This document shows, piece by piece, positions 30,516 through 40,700 of a stretch of DNA of 64,000 bases. The translations under genes and the position numbers were made by a program. Source of the DNA: Gemmatimonadota bacterium. GTDB taxonomy: Bacteria > Gemmatimonadota > Gemmatimonadetes > Gemmatimonadales > GWC2-71-9. The notes under the pieces are model-generated. The model saw only the letters and a list, made by a program, of their open reading frames with translations, was not told the DNA's origin and made no database searches. Positions within the stretch are counted from its first letter, which is position 1, and every line of letters begins with the position of its first letter. The stretch spans positions 1-64,000 of the forward strand of contig JAZDCY010000014.1 of NCBI GenBank assembly GCA_036679645.1, written 5' to 3'.

Positions 30516-30790
30516 ATGGAATGGCTGATCACACTCGACATTGTATTCTCACTGGACTCGGTAATCACAGCGGTTGGGATGGCGCGGCACCTCTGGGTGA
30601 TGGTGACGGCCGTGGTGCTGGCGGTAGCAGTGATGATGTTCGCGGCGGAGCCTGTAGCCGCGTTCGTCGAGCGCCATCCGACTTCGCCATGGGGTTCTCG
30701 GTGCTCGTGGAGATGATGAACCTGGCGGTTGCGCGCGCGCGCGGAGCCAGTGCAGCTGCGAGGGGCGCGCATTCCCACCTCCCTTTGAGT
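30516..30790 (+). pseudogene. TerC-family membrane protein remnant with at least two internal deletions
   Basis: MEWL joins directly to LDIVFSLDSVITAVGM...FVERHPT, then out of frame to FAMGFSVLVEMMNL. Confidence 0.85.
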
Positions 30791-30866
30791 ACATTTCCGC
30801 GAGGCTTCCATCGAAGGTAGCGCTCCCCACACTACCGAAGCCGCACGAAAGGCACCAGAGGCACGC

Positions 30867-32153
30867 GTGGCAAACGATTCGCTGACCGTAACCGACAACC
30901 GTACGGGCAAGACGTACGACATTCCCATCGAGAATGGGACCATCCGCGCAATTGACCTGCGCAAGATCAAGACGAACGATACCGATTTCGGGTTGATGAC
31001 CTACGATCCGGGATTTACCAACACCGCCCACTGCAAGAGCGCCATCACGTTCATCGACGGCGGCAAGGGCATACTCCGGCATCGTGGCTACCCCATCGAA
31101 CAACTCGCGGAACAAGGTTCCTTCCTCGAGACCGCGTACCTGCTGCTCTACGGCGAACTACCCAACGTCGAGCAGCTCGCCGCGTGGAAAAACAACATCA
31201 CGCACCACACGTTCGTCCATGAGAACGTCAAGAAATTCATGGACGGCCTGCGCTACGACGCACACCCCATGGGTGCCTTCTTGAGCACCGTCGCGGCACT
31301 GTCGACGTTTTACGCCGACGCGAAGCGCATTGACGACCCGGCATGCCGTGAGCACCAGATCCACCGGCTGATCGCGAAGACCCCCACCATCGCGGCATTC
31401 GCGTATCGGCACATGGTCGGTCTGCCGTATGCGTACCCCGACAACGACCTGTCGTACGCCGGAAATTTCCTGAACATGATGTACCGCACGACCGAGCAGC
31501 AGTACGTGCCCAATACGGTGCTCGAACACGCGCTCGACGTGCTCTTCATACTCCACGCCGACCACGAGCAGAACTGTTCGGCGGCGGCGATGCGCGCAAT
31601 CGGCTCGTCCAATGCCGATCCGTACAGCGCCATGGCCGGGGCCGCCGCCGCGCTCTACGGCCCACTGCACGGCGGTGCCAACGAGATGGTGCTTCGCCAG
31701 TTGAGGGAGATCGGGTCCGTCAAGGAAATTCCGGCGTTCATCAAGCGTGTAAAGAGCAAAGAGATCCGGCTCATGGGCTTTGGCCACCGGGTCTACAAGA
31801 ACTACGACCCGCGCGCACGGATCATCAAGAAGGTGGCGGAAGACGTGTTCGACGTCACCGGAAAGAACCCGCTCATCGACATCGCGGTCGAACTCGAGCG
31901 CATTGCGTTGGAAGATGAGTACTTCATCTCCCACAAGCTCTATCCCAACGTCGATTTCTACTCGGGTATTATCTACGAAGCAATGAGCTTCCCCGTCGCA
32001 ATCTTCCCCGTACTGTTCGCCATTGGCCGCACACCGGGGTGGTTGGCACAGTGGCAGGAGATGTTGATGGACCCCGAGCGCCGTATTGCCCGGCCCCGAC
32101 AGGTGTACTTGGGGATGGGGGAGCGGGCGTACGTGCCGCTGGAGAAACGATAG
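30867..32153 (+). CDS. gltA: Citrate synthase
   Basis: DHEQN, GPLHGGAN, MGFGHRVYKNYDPR, YPNVDFYSG. Confidence 0.97.
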   Translation: MANDSLTVTDNRTGKTYDIPIENGTIRAIDLRKIKTNDTDFGLMTYDPGFTNTAHCKSAITFIDGGKGILRHRGYPIEQLAEQGSFLETAYLLLYGELPNVEQLAAWKNNITHHTFVHENVKKFMDGLRYDAHPMGAFLSTVAALSTFYADAKRIDDPACREHQIHRLIAKTPTIAAFAYRHMVGLPYAYPDNDLSYAGNFLNMMYRTTEQQYVPNTVLEHALDVLFILHADHEQNCSAAAMRAIGSSNADPYSAMAGAAAALYGPLHGGANEMVLRQLREIGSVKEIPAFIKRVKSKEIRLMGFGHRVYKNYDPRARIIKKVAEDVFDVTGKNPLIDIAVELERIALEDEYFISHKLYPNVDFYSGIIYEAMSFPVAIFPVLFAIGRTPGWLAQWQEMLMDPERRIARPRQVYLGMGERAYVPLEKR

Positions 32154-32228
32154 GGGTCGCTAGACACAGAGGTGCTCAGACGCTCAGGTGCTCAGAGGTA
32201 AGGTTGCACTCCTGAGCAGTTGAGCGAC

Positions 32229-34043
32229 TCACCTTCCTATCGGAAGCCCTCCCGTCAACCGGCGTAAGCGTCCCTCCAACTCTTCGCGAATCCGCGCGAC
32301 CTCTGCGCGTATGTCGTTCACTTGACCTGTCGCTTCTGACTCCAGTCTGGTCACGGCACTGCGCGCACGGCCCACATCGTCGGCGACCAGTGCATCGACG
32401 CGCGCCCGCACCTGCGCCTCGGCCCGTGCCACCTCAGCACCCAGTTCGTCTCGCAGACCAGCAGCGAGGGCATCCGCTACGTTCGACTGCACCGACAACC
32501 GCGGGCTCCTGAGGGGCCCGCTGAGGCGGGTAACCAACTCCAGCCTCCGGACACGCGAGAGCACACGCCACAGAAGATCGCTCGTCGCGTCGCCGTCTGG
32601 TGAAGCTTGCTCCGTACGCTCAAAGACGACTGCGCTTGCCGTCCAGCGCCAACGAGCATCGAGACTGTCGCCTACACGTGTGAGTGCGATCTCCATTGCA
32701 CCCGCTCCCGGCACCAGCCGGGCGCCAATCGATGCCAGCTCGATGTTTGGCAGAGTAATGCCCTCGAGCAGCACAGCGGCCGAATCCCGCACGGGAGCAC
32801 CGACATGATTCAACATGCCGGTCACGCGAATGGTCTGTGGCCCCACCACCCCTTCTGTGCGCGCGAGTGCGAACGTGGACGGTCGGCCGAGCAACGTTGG
32901 CTCACTCGTGAGGTCTGCAAAACGCAGCGCATAGTCCCCCGCCCCGGCTACGCTACCGCCAATCGCAACCGTGGCCTCGGCGAATTCCAGCAGGAAGGTC
33001 GGCAGGTCCTCATGCCGGGGGAATACAACCGTTGTCCCTGCACGGCGCGCCCGGTCCTTGCCCTCGCGCAGCCGCGCGCGTACGCCCGGAGGCATGTACC
33101 GATCGACGACCCCCAGCCAGTACAGGTACGGCGCGACCTGCGCCGTCACCGCCGACCCGAAGATGGCCGGGCCAAGACTCGGTCCCTCCAGCGACGGTAG
33201 CTGCAAAAAACCGAGCGCGTAGGCGTAGTCGTCACGACGCGAGGCCAACACGCGGTCGAGTCCGTCGCGTGCGCGCCCGACCTCGGCCGAGATGGTCTGC
33301 TCGACGCGTGACACCGCATCGTCGAGTTGTGCCAACTGCGTGAGCGTGTTGCGCAACGACGTCAGCGCACTGCGCGTCCCGCCAATCCCCAGGCTGCGGA
33401 GCGACGCCCCCTCCAACCGCTCGACAAGTGCGCGGGCCGAATCGAGCTGCGGCCGCGGATCGAGTGTGGCGAACTCTGCTTCCAGTGATTGCTTTGACGC
33501 ATCGATCTGAGTGACCAATCCGCGTGCCGCACGCATGGTTGCGAGGCTCTCCGCCTGGACCGCTCCCACATCGATAGCCTGACCGAATCCCGCCAGCGCG
33601 AATTCGGGCAGCGGCAGGCTCTCGCGCCACGACCCCACCTCCCGCCGGATTTCCTGCGAAGCTTCCGAAGGGCGCTCGAGCGCCCCGGATGTCGCTCGAG
33701 CCGTCCCGAAACGCAGGCCTCGTATCGCGACCGTATCGATGACGATCTTCCTCTCCAGCAGAGGCGGCACCCGTATCTTGGCCACGATCTCGTCGGCCTC
33801 GAAGAGATTGGTCATTGGCCGGTCTGGATTCGTCACTGCGAGCCCACGCAGGTAGACCGCGCCCTCGGCAAGGCGTACGTCGGCCTCTGCGAGATCAACT
33901 CGCGCACCCACAATCGTCGCCCCCAACGCTTCGATCGACCGCTCGACCGTGAGATCGAGAAACAGGTACGAGACGACCGACACCAGCGCGAGTAGCACAC
34001 CCAGAGGAACGATCGCCTTCCACCGGAAGATCCGCGTCCTCAT
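32229..34043 (-). CDS. TIGR03545-family protein
   Basis: IFRWK N-terminal anchor, VTNPD.PM.NL, FGT.R.TSGAL; paired with TIGR03546. Confidence 0.75.
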   Translation of the reverse strand: MRTRIFRWKAIVPLGVLLALVSVVSYLFLDLTVERSIEALGATIVGARVDLAEADVRLAEGAVYLRGLAVTNPDRPMTNLFEADEIVAKIRVPPLLERKIVIDTVAIRGLRFGTARATSGALERPSEASQEIRREVGSWRESLPLPEFALAGFGQAIDVGAVQAESLATMRAARGLVTQIDASKQSLEAEFATLDPRPQLDSARALVERLEGASLRSLGIGGTRSALTSLRNTLTQLAQLDDAVSRVEQTISAEVGRARDGLDRVLASRRDDYAYALGFLQLPSLEGPSLGPAIFGSAVTAQVAPYLYWLGVVDRYMPPGVRARLREGKDRARRAGTTVVFPRHEDLPTFLLEFAEATVAIGGSVAGAGDYALRFADLTSEPTLLGRPSTFALARTEGVVGPQTIRVTGMLNHVGAPVRDSAAVLLEGITLPNIELASIGARLVPGAGAMEIALTRVGDSLDARWRWTASAVVFERTEQASPDGDATSDLLWRVLSRVRRLELVTRLSGPLRSPRLSVQSNVADALAAGLRDELGAEVARAEAQVRARVDALVADDVGRARSAVTRLESEATGQVNDIRAEVARIREELEGRLRRLTGGLPIGR

Positions 34044-34086
34044 GGTGTTCCCCTGACACCAGCCGCCCGGGAACGATCTGCGGCCG

Positions 34087-34599
34087 TCACGGCCGGAATA
34101 GCCGATACACGTTGTAGACCCTCGATGCCTTGACGGCCCTGAACGCTCGCGTGCGCCGGAGCCGTTCGTAGATGGTCGAGCGATAGGCGGTTATGCCGGC
34201 TCGTGCAGCAAAGAACAAAGGCACCGCCAGAACGAGCCAAACGACGAGGCTCCCCAAGACCACCGTGTTGTTGAAATTGGTCAGCGCAAGAGGGGTGTTG
34301 TACATCGCGGTCCACATTCGCTGCAGTGCGCCCGTGCTTACCAACAAGCCCGTGCCGAGCGCATCGAACAGGGGATCCAGCGCAAAGCCAATAGGCACGA
34401 ACGCAAACCAACCCAGCATGAAGCCCGGAAACGACACATTCAAGATGATCGCGAGCGAGAGCGCGGCGAGGTTGTGGAGATTGAGCAGCGGCGTGAGGCC
34501 AAGCACGGCCCCAAGGGTGATCCCCGCAGCCACCTGGCCCGGCGTCCCGTCCGAGTTCAGGGCCTTGATGAACGATTGCAGCAGCTTGAGCAACAACAC
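34087..34599 (-). CDS. TIGR03546-family membrane protein
   Basis: LNSDGTPGQVA.G, GLTP, FNNTVVLGS. Confidence 0.85.
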   Translation of the reverse strand: MLLLKLLQSFIKALNSDGTPGQVAAGITLGAVLGLTPLLNLHNLAALSLAIILNVSFPGFMLGWFAFVPIGFALDPLFDALGTGLLVSTGALQRMWTAMYNTPLALTNFNNTVVLGSLVVWLVLAVPLFFAARAGITAYRSTIYERLRRTRAFRAVKASRVYNVYRLFRP

Positions 34600-34653
34600 G
34601 CACGTAACGTCTCTGGACGATCAGCCGGTGTCCAGGGGGGTAGATTTCCGGTC

Positions 34654-36795
34654 ATGTCTTCGCTAGACCCCATTCTGCGGCCGCGGTCCATTGCCGTTGT
34701 CGGTGCTTCGCGCCAGGCCAACACGATCGGCTACCAGCTGCTCGACAATCTGCTGCGCTACGAATACCAGGGGCCCATCTATCCGGTGAACCCCAAAGCA
34801 CCGTTCATCCATTCCATCGCCGCCTACGCATCCGTTGCAGACATCGGGCAGCCCATCGATCTCGCATTGATCGCGGTGCCGAAGGAGCACGTGCTCGGCG
34901 TCGCGCGGCAGTGTATCGAGGTCGGTGTGCGTGGTTTGGTTGTCATCACCGCCGGTTTCAAGGAGGTGGGCGGTGAGGGAATCGAGCGGGAGGGGCAGCT
35001 CACGGAGCTCGTCAAGGAAGCAGGCGTACGGCTCGTCGGACCGAACTGCATGGGCGTCATGAACACCGCGGCCGACGTCCGAATGAACGCAACGTTCGCG
35101 CCGTCCTGGCCCCCGCCCGGCCCCGTTGCGTTCATGAGCCAATCCGGTGCCATGGGGCTCTCAGTGCTCGATTACGCACAGAGTCTCGGGATCGGTTTCT
35201 CGTCTTTCGTATCTGCCGGCAACAAGGCCGACGTGAGCGGCAACGATCTGCTCGAGTACTGGGAACACGACCCAAACACGTCGATGATCCTCATGTACCT
35301 CGAGAACTTCGGCAACCCCGAACGGTTCGTGGAGTTGTGCCGACGCATCACGAGAACGAAACCCATCTGCGTCGTGAAGTCGGGCCGGACCGGTGCCGGC
35401 CGGCGCGCCGCGGCGTAGCACACCGGTGCTCTTGCCGGAACCGAACTGGCGACCGAGGCAGTCATCGCACAGGCGGGCGCCATTCGCGCCCATACCGTGG
35501 AGGAGCTGTTCGATCTGGCAATGGCTTTGTCCAACCAGCCCTTGCCCGAGGGAAATCGGGTGGCGATCGTGACGAACGCGGGCGGGCCGGGAATCATAGC
35601 CGCGGATGCCTGCGAAGACGCGGGCCTCATGGTCCCGGAGTTTTCCTCGACCACGCAAGACGCGCTCGGAGCCCATCTGCCGGAAGAAGCCAGTGTGCGT
35701 AACCCGGTCGACATGATCGCGAGCGCCACAGCCGATAGCTACGTGACCGCCATCGATATCGTCCTCGAGGACGAGAACGTCGACGCCGCCATTGCCGCGT
35801 TCGTTCCCCCGCTCGGGATCCAGGCGCGTGACGTCGCGGAGGCCATCGTTCGAACCAACAGCCGTCACCCCGACAAACCGCTGCTGGCGGTGCTCATGGG
35901 GCGGGAGGGACTCCCGGCAGGCATTGCCGAGCTGCACGACGCCAACGTTCCCGCTTACATCTTCCCCGAGTCCGCCGCCAGGGCTCTGGGTGCCATGTGG
36001 CGCTATCGTCAAAAGATGAACGTGGCAGAAGGGTCGACGGTTACATTCGATGTTGACGATGATTCCGTCCGGCGAATCATCGACCGCAGCCTGGCTGCGG
36101 GTGAGACGAAGGTGAGCGAGCCAGACGCCATCTGCATTCTCGAGGCATACGGGATTGCGGTACCGGCATGGACGTTCGTCGAAACGACCAAGAGCACGAC
36201 CGGCCTCGTTTCCGCCACCGCAGGCGCGGCCGACGTGCTCGGGTTCCCTGTTGCAATCAAGATTGTGAGTCCTGATGTGGTTCACAAAACGGACTTCGGC
36301 GGCGTGGTACTCGGGCTCACGGGGACGGAAGCCACCAAGAAAGCGGCGCGAGACATGATTAAGCAGGTCCCGCATGACGTGGGCGATCCCGGTCGCGCGC
36401 CTACTGTGTCAGGCATACTCGTCCAGCAGATGGCGGCGGCGGGACGCGAGACGATCGTGGGACTCACGCGCACGTCCGGCACGGGCGCGATGGTGATGTT
36501 CGGCATGGGCGGCGTCTATGTCGAGGTGATGCGCGACGTGGTGTTGCGACTCGCTCCGCTACGTGACGTCGACGCCGACCAGATGATCCGTCAAGTACGG
36601 ATGCACAAGCTCCTCGACGGCGTGCGCGGCGAGCCGCGACGGGATCACGATGCGCTGGCGGACGTGATCCTCCGGGTCGGCCAACTCGCCGTGCGCCATC
36701 CCCGTATCGTCGAGATGGACATCAACCCCCTGCTCGCGCTCGAGCGGGGCGCCGTCGCGGTCGATGCGCGGTTCTCGGTAAGGGACGGCGAGTGA
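34654..36795 (+). pseudogene. Acetate--CoA ligase (ADP-forming) family protein with an in-frame TAG at 35416..35418
   Basis: SIAVVGAS, GPNCMG, SQSG, AAA*HTGALAG, NAGGPG, NPVD and HKTD.GGV all lie in one frame. Confidence 0.9.
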
Positions 36796-37709
36796 AAGTC
36801 GTCCTAACCGGCGGTACCGGCTACATCGGATCGCATCTCGTGCGCGCGCTGCTCCGCGATGGACACGAGTGCGTGGTCGTGACGCGGGGCAAGACCGATC
36901 CCTGGAGTGACGACCGGGTGCGCCTGCTGCGAGCCGACCCCACGGCGCCCGGTGCGTGGCAAGCAGAGGTGGAGCAAGCCGACGCGGTCGTGAATCTCGC
37001 GGGCGCGAGACTCGTGGAACCGCCACACCGGTGGACGGCCACCCGGAAGCAGGTGATCCGCGAGAGCCGTATTGCCACGACCAGGCACGTGGCGGAGGCC
37101 GTCGCGCGAGCGAGCGAGCCGCCGTCCGTCCTGATCTCCGGTTCAGCCGTGGGCTACTACGGCGATCGCGGCGACGAGCAACTCGACGAGACCGCGCCGC
37201 CCGGGGACGACTTCCTGGCACAGCTCTGCGTTGACTGGGAAACCGCGGCAGGGGCCGCGCTCAATCGAACACGGCTGGTGACTTTGCGCACGGGTCTCGT
37301 CCTCGGGCCGGAAAGCCCCCTCCTCCAATCGATGCTCCCTCCGTTCAAGCTTGGTATTGGGGGACCGTGGGGGACGGGAAGACAGTGGTGGCCCTGGGTG
37401 CACCTCGATGATGTCGTCGCCATGATCCAGCAGGTGTTGACCGGCGACCTGACAGGCCCACTCAATGTGACGGCACCGAACCCGGTGCGCGTTGCCGAGT
37501 TCGCAAAGACGCTCGGCCATGTGCTGCACCGACCCGCGATTGCCCGGATTCCGGAGTTCGTATTGCGATTGGCACTCGGTGAGGTGGCGGACGCGTTGCT
37601 GGCATCACAACGCGTCATTCCCACAAAAGCCATCGAGGCCGGGTTTCGCTTCAGCCACCCGGACCTCGAGCCCGCCCTCGCGGGAGTTCTCAACAAGAAG
37701 GAACGCTAG
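36792..37709 (+). CDS. TIGR01777-family oxidoreductase/epimerase
   Basis: TGGTGYIG, NLAG, SAVGYYG, C.DWE, G.QWWPWVH.DD. Confidence 0.93.
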   Translation: MKVVLTGGTGYIGSHLVRALLRDGHECVVVTRGKTDPWSDDRVRLLRADPTAPGAWQAEVEQADAVVNLAGARLVEPPHRWTATRKQVIRESRIATTRHVAEAVARASEPPSVLISGSAVGYYGDRGDEQLDETAPPGDDFLAQLCVDWETAAGAALNRTRLVTLRTGLVLGPESPLLQSMLPPFKLGIGGPWGTGRQWWPWVHLDDVVAMIQQVLTGDLTGPLNVTAPNPVRVAEFAKTLGHVLHRPAIARIPEFVLRLALGEVADALLASQRVIPTKAIEAGFRFSHPDLEPALAGVLNKKER

Positions 37710-37915
37710 TCGGTTTTTCTGGTCCGGCGATCGTCATCAGTGCGGCGCTCATCCTCACGACGTTCCGCGCCGCCGCGACGCTCGACCTCAACCGGAATGC
37801 TCTGGCGCCGCCGGTCGCCGGACCGCCGATCCCCAGCACGCCGGTCTCCCGCCCGCCGGTCTGCCTCGCGCTTATCCTCGCTGGAACAGTTGTCTTCCAC
37901 CTGTATGTTTGTCAT
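37706..37915 (-). CDS. Small Arg-rich protein with tandem [D/E]RR motifs (69 aa)
   Basis: RBS AGGAG; DRRAGDRRAGDRRSGDRR...ERR..AERREDERR..DRR. Confidence 0.6.
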   Translation of the reverse strand: MTNIQVEDNCSSEDKREADRRAGDRRAGDRRSGDRRRQSIPVEVERRGGAERREDERRTDDDRRTRKTD

Positions 37916-38187
37916 GGCATCTCCTGCCACGAGCATCGGCAGTCGCCTGGCCGGGCTCAAATTCTTGCTACCCAACCGATTCCGTGTCCCCGCAGATGCC
38001 ACGCCCGCCCGCTCTCGGCTGGCTCGTCACGATGAACACGCTGTGTTCCGTATTCGAGGCGTCGACCGCTCACGCCATGAGCGGGCGTCACGATCCCTGG
38101 CCGCCACGGCCTCGTAATCCCCCTTGCATCTCGTAGCAGTCGTTCCCGACCCGTTATACTTGAGTAGTCGGGCAACCAGGAGCTTCC

Positions 38188-38343
38188 GTGGCTGACGACC
38201 TTGACCGCCTGCGGGCCGCGCTCGCAGATCGCTATCGCCTTCTCCGCGAGGCGGGTCGGGGTGGAATGGCGACGGTTTTTGTTGCAACGGACCTGAAGCC
38301 CGAATGCCGCGTCGCAGTCAAGGTCGTGAGGCCCTGGCCTTGA
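38188..38343 (+). pseudogene. 5' fragment of a Hanks Ser/Thr kinase (51 codons)
   Basis: AGGAG + GTG; LRAALADRYRLLREAGRGGMATVFVATDLK..RVAVKV then a stop. Not in the supplied ORF track. Confidence 0.85.
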
Positions 38344-40265
38344 TGCACCAAATCCTACTCACCAGTGTCTGCCGTCCCTTGGGGGTCCGCCACGGCGACT
38401 CCCCGAGCGTAGGCTACGAGTTGCTGCACGAACAGGTGACCCGCGCCCAGGGTCTGTTCAGCCCCCGCTCGCACCATGTCCAGTTCTCGCTGGAGTACAT
38501 CGCCGAGAACCTCGAGGCTCCCACGGCGGTGCTCCAATATCCCTCCCGAAGGGAACTCGTCCGCGAACTCAGGCGCGGGTACGAGTTCGTGGGTGTATCG
38601 TTTGTCCTGGCCACGTACCACCGCATGAAGGAGGTTGTGGCTCTGGTCCGGAGACACTCGCCGCGGTCGAAGATTGTGCTGGGCGGGTACGGGACGGTGG
38701 CGCCCGACGAGATGCTTCGTCCCTTCAGCGACTTTATCTGTCGCGAGGAGGGAGTAGGCTTCATGCGGCGCCTCTTGGGCGAACCCGAGATCCCGATGCC
38801 GTACCGGCACCCTCTGATCATCAACCCGCTCCGGGTGTTCGGGAAAGAGGCGTCGCGGACGGGAGTAGTGTTCGGCGGCCTGGGATGTCCGAACGGATGC
38901 GACTTCTGCTGCACCTCTTACTTCTTCAAGCGCAAGCACATCCGCCTGCTTCCTACGGGAGCCGACATCTACCGGGTGATCCAACGCTACCTCGAGGTCG
39001 ATCCCCAGCTCTCCATCCTGATCTTGGACGAGGATTTTCTGCTCAACCGTCGCCGAGCGATGGAGTTTCGGGAGGAAGTTCTCCGGGTCGGAAAGCCACT
39101 CTCCATCTTTGTTTTTGCCAGCGTCCGGGCCTTGAGCCGGTACACGGTGACCGAGATTCTGGAGATGGGGATCGATGGGATGTGGATCGGCTACGAGGGA
39201 ACACGGTCAGGATATGCGAAACTGTCGGGCCGGCCGGTCGAGGAGATCTTCAACGAGTACCGTGAACACGGAATCAGCATCTTGGCCTCCATGATCGTGG
39301 GCTTCCCCTACCAGACGCCAGAGATCATCGAAGAGGAACTCTCGGGCCTCCTCGCGTTGCGACCGGTGCTCGCGCAGTTCTTGATCTACGGCCCTTGTCC
39401 CGGCACTCCATTCTACGACCAAGTCATCCGGGAAGGGAAACTGCTTCCAGAGGTGGCCGAAGATCCCGAGCTATTCTATCGTCGGGGGACTGCGTTCCAC
39501 GCGATGGTCACCCATCCGTCGATGACGTCCGGCCAGATCGAGGCTGCCCAGGAGCTTTGCTACCGGGAAGATTTCCGGAGGTTGGGACCAGTGCTGCACC
39601 GTTCGGTGGAGCGATGGCTCGAGGGATACCTCAAGCTGCGGGAGTCGCCGAGCGCGTTTCTACGCGCCAAGGCGGAGCTGATCGCGGCCGACCTCAGGAG
39701 AGCCTATCCCCTGTTCTTGGTGGGCAGGCTGTTGGGCCCGACAGCGCGGGTACGGCGTTGGATTGGCGGGCTGCAACAGCGGATTCACGTCGTGCTGGGA
39801 AGTCCCACTTGGAACGAGCGTCTCCAGTCGGTTGCGGCCGTGGGCTTGGCTCTCTGGACGGGACTTACGCTCAGATTGGGCCTCTTCCAGCACCCGCCGC
39901 TGGTAAGGCATACGTTCAGGATGTGGGACGAGCGTCCCGGGCGGGCTTGGCGGCGCTTGCGCCATGAGGATCCCGCTGGGCACTCGATCCAGGTGGAGCG
40001 CCGACCCGCCTCCACGGTGTGGGTGCTGCTGGAAGGACGGCTCACGGCAGCGGCAGCCGGACGGTTCGTTGCGGATCTCCAAGCTGCCCTGGCACGCCGC
40101 AAGGATAGAGTGGTGCTGGACCTGGCCCGCCTAGTGGGCCTGGAGGACGGTGCGATGGGTGAGCTGGTAGCGGGGCTGACAGGCCATCGCGATCGGATCC
40201 GCCTCATTCTCCCCCGCGTGGGAGAGTGCCCGGCACTGGCAGCGATCTTCCGGCTCTACCAGTAA
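38343..40265 (+). CDS. B12-binding-domain radical SAM protein with a C-terminal STAS-like extension
   Basis: IVLGGYG, CPNGCDFC, DEDF, IGYE, PGTP; C-terminal LEGRLT...VVLDLARL. Confidence 0.85.
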   Translation: MHQILLTSVCRPLGVRHGDSPSVGYELLHEQVTRAQGLFSPRSHHVQFSLEYIAENLEAPTAVLQYPSRRELVRELRRGYEFVGVSFVLATYHRMKEVVALVRRHSPRSKIVLGGYGTVAPDEMLRPFSDFICREEGVGFMRRLLGEPEIPMPYRHPLIINPLRVFGKEASRTGVVFGGLGCPNGCDFCCTSYFFKRKHIRLLPTGADIYRVIQRYLEVDPQLSILILDEDFLLNRRRAMEFREEVLRVGKPLSIFVFASVRALSRYTVTEILEMGIDGMWIGYEGTRSGYAKLSGRPVEEIFNEYREHGISILASMIVGFPYQTPEIIEEELSGLLALRPVLAQFLIYGPCPGTPFYDQVIREGKLLPEVAEDPELFYRRGTAFHAMVTHPSMTSGQIEAAQELCYREDFRRLGPVLHRSVERWLEGYLKLRESPSAFLRAKAELIAADLRRAYPLFLVGRLLGPTARVRRWIGGLQQRIHVVLGSPTWNERLQSVAAVGLALWTGLTLRLGLFQHPPLVRHTFRMWDERPGRAWRRLRHEDPAGHSIQVERRPASTVWVLLEGRLTAAAAGRFVADLQAALARRKDRVVLDLARLVGLEDGAMGELVAGLTGHRDRIRLILPRVGECPALAAIFRLYQ

Positions 40266-40343
40266 GCACACCGACCGTGCTACGCAAACGCGCCTTGCAC
40301 TCGACGGAGCCGAAAAAGTTCCGGACTCATGGAAGGAAAGTAG

Positions 40344-40415
40344 AGCCACCGGTCGGAATTGAACCGACGACCACTCGATTACGAATCGAGAGCTCTACCG
40401 CTGAGCTACGGTGGC
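40344..40415 (-). tRNA. tRNA-Thr(CGT)
   Basis: GCCACCGTAGCTCAGCGGTAGAGCT-CTCGA TTCGTAA TCGAG-TGGTCGTCGGTTCAATTCCGACCGGTGGCT. Confidence 0.96.
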
Positions 40416-40485
40416 GTTGCCGCGGATGGTTTCCAAAGCGCGGATCCTGTAGATCCGCGCCCGCTGGAAACGATCCGCGGCAGAG

Positions 40486-40568
40486 TGCCCTGGCCCGGAT
40501 TCGAACCGGGACGGCTCGCGCCACTGCCCCCTCAAGACAGCGTGTCTACCAGATTTCACCACCAGGGC
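40486..40568 (-). tRNA. tRNA-Leu(GAG)
   Basis: GCCCTGGTGGTGAAATCTGGTAGACACG-CTGTC TTGAGGG GGCAG, long variable arm, GGTTCGAATCC. Confidence 0.96.
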
Positions 40569-40700
40569 GGGCACAACAATGTAAGTCCTCGCGAGGGAGC
40601 AACTTATCGGGCAGGTAGGCGAGAATCAAGCGCCGCAGTGGCGGGAGCTTCTCGCCGGTCATTACCTTATAGGATCCCTCTTCTGTGAGCCGGCAACCCG

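Noticed and set aside
35416..35418. Pyrrolysine or stop-codon reassignment
   Set aside because: The position is a conserved Ser one substitution away, TAG ends ordinary genes here (hipA, gltA, kinase), and no pyl genes were seen.
38188..40344. Integrative island at tRNA-Thr
   Set aside because: No duplicate of the tRNA-Thr 3' end and no integrase found nearby.
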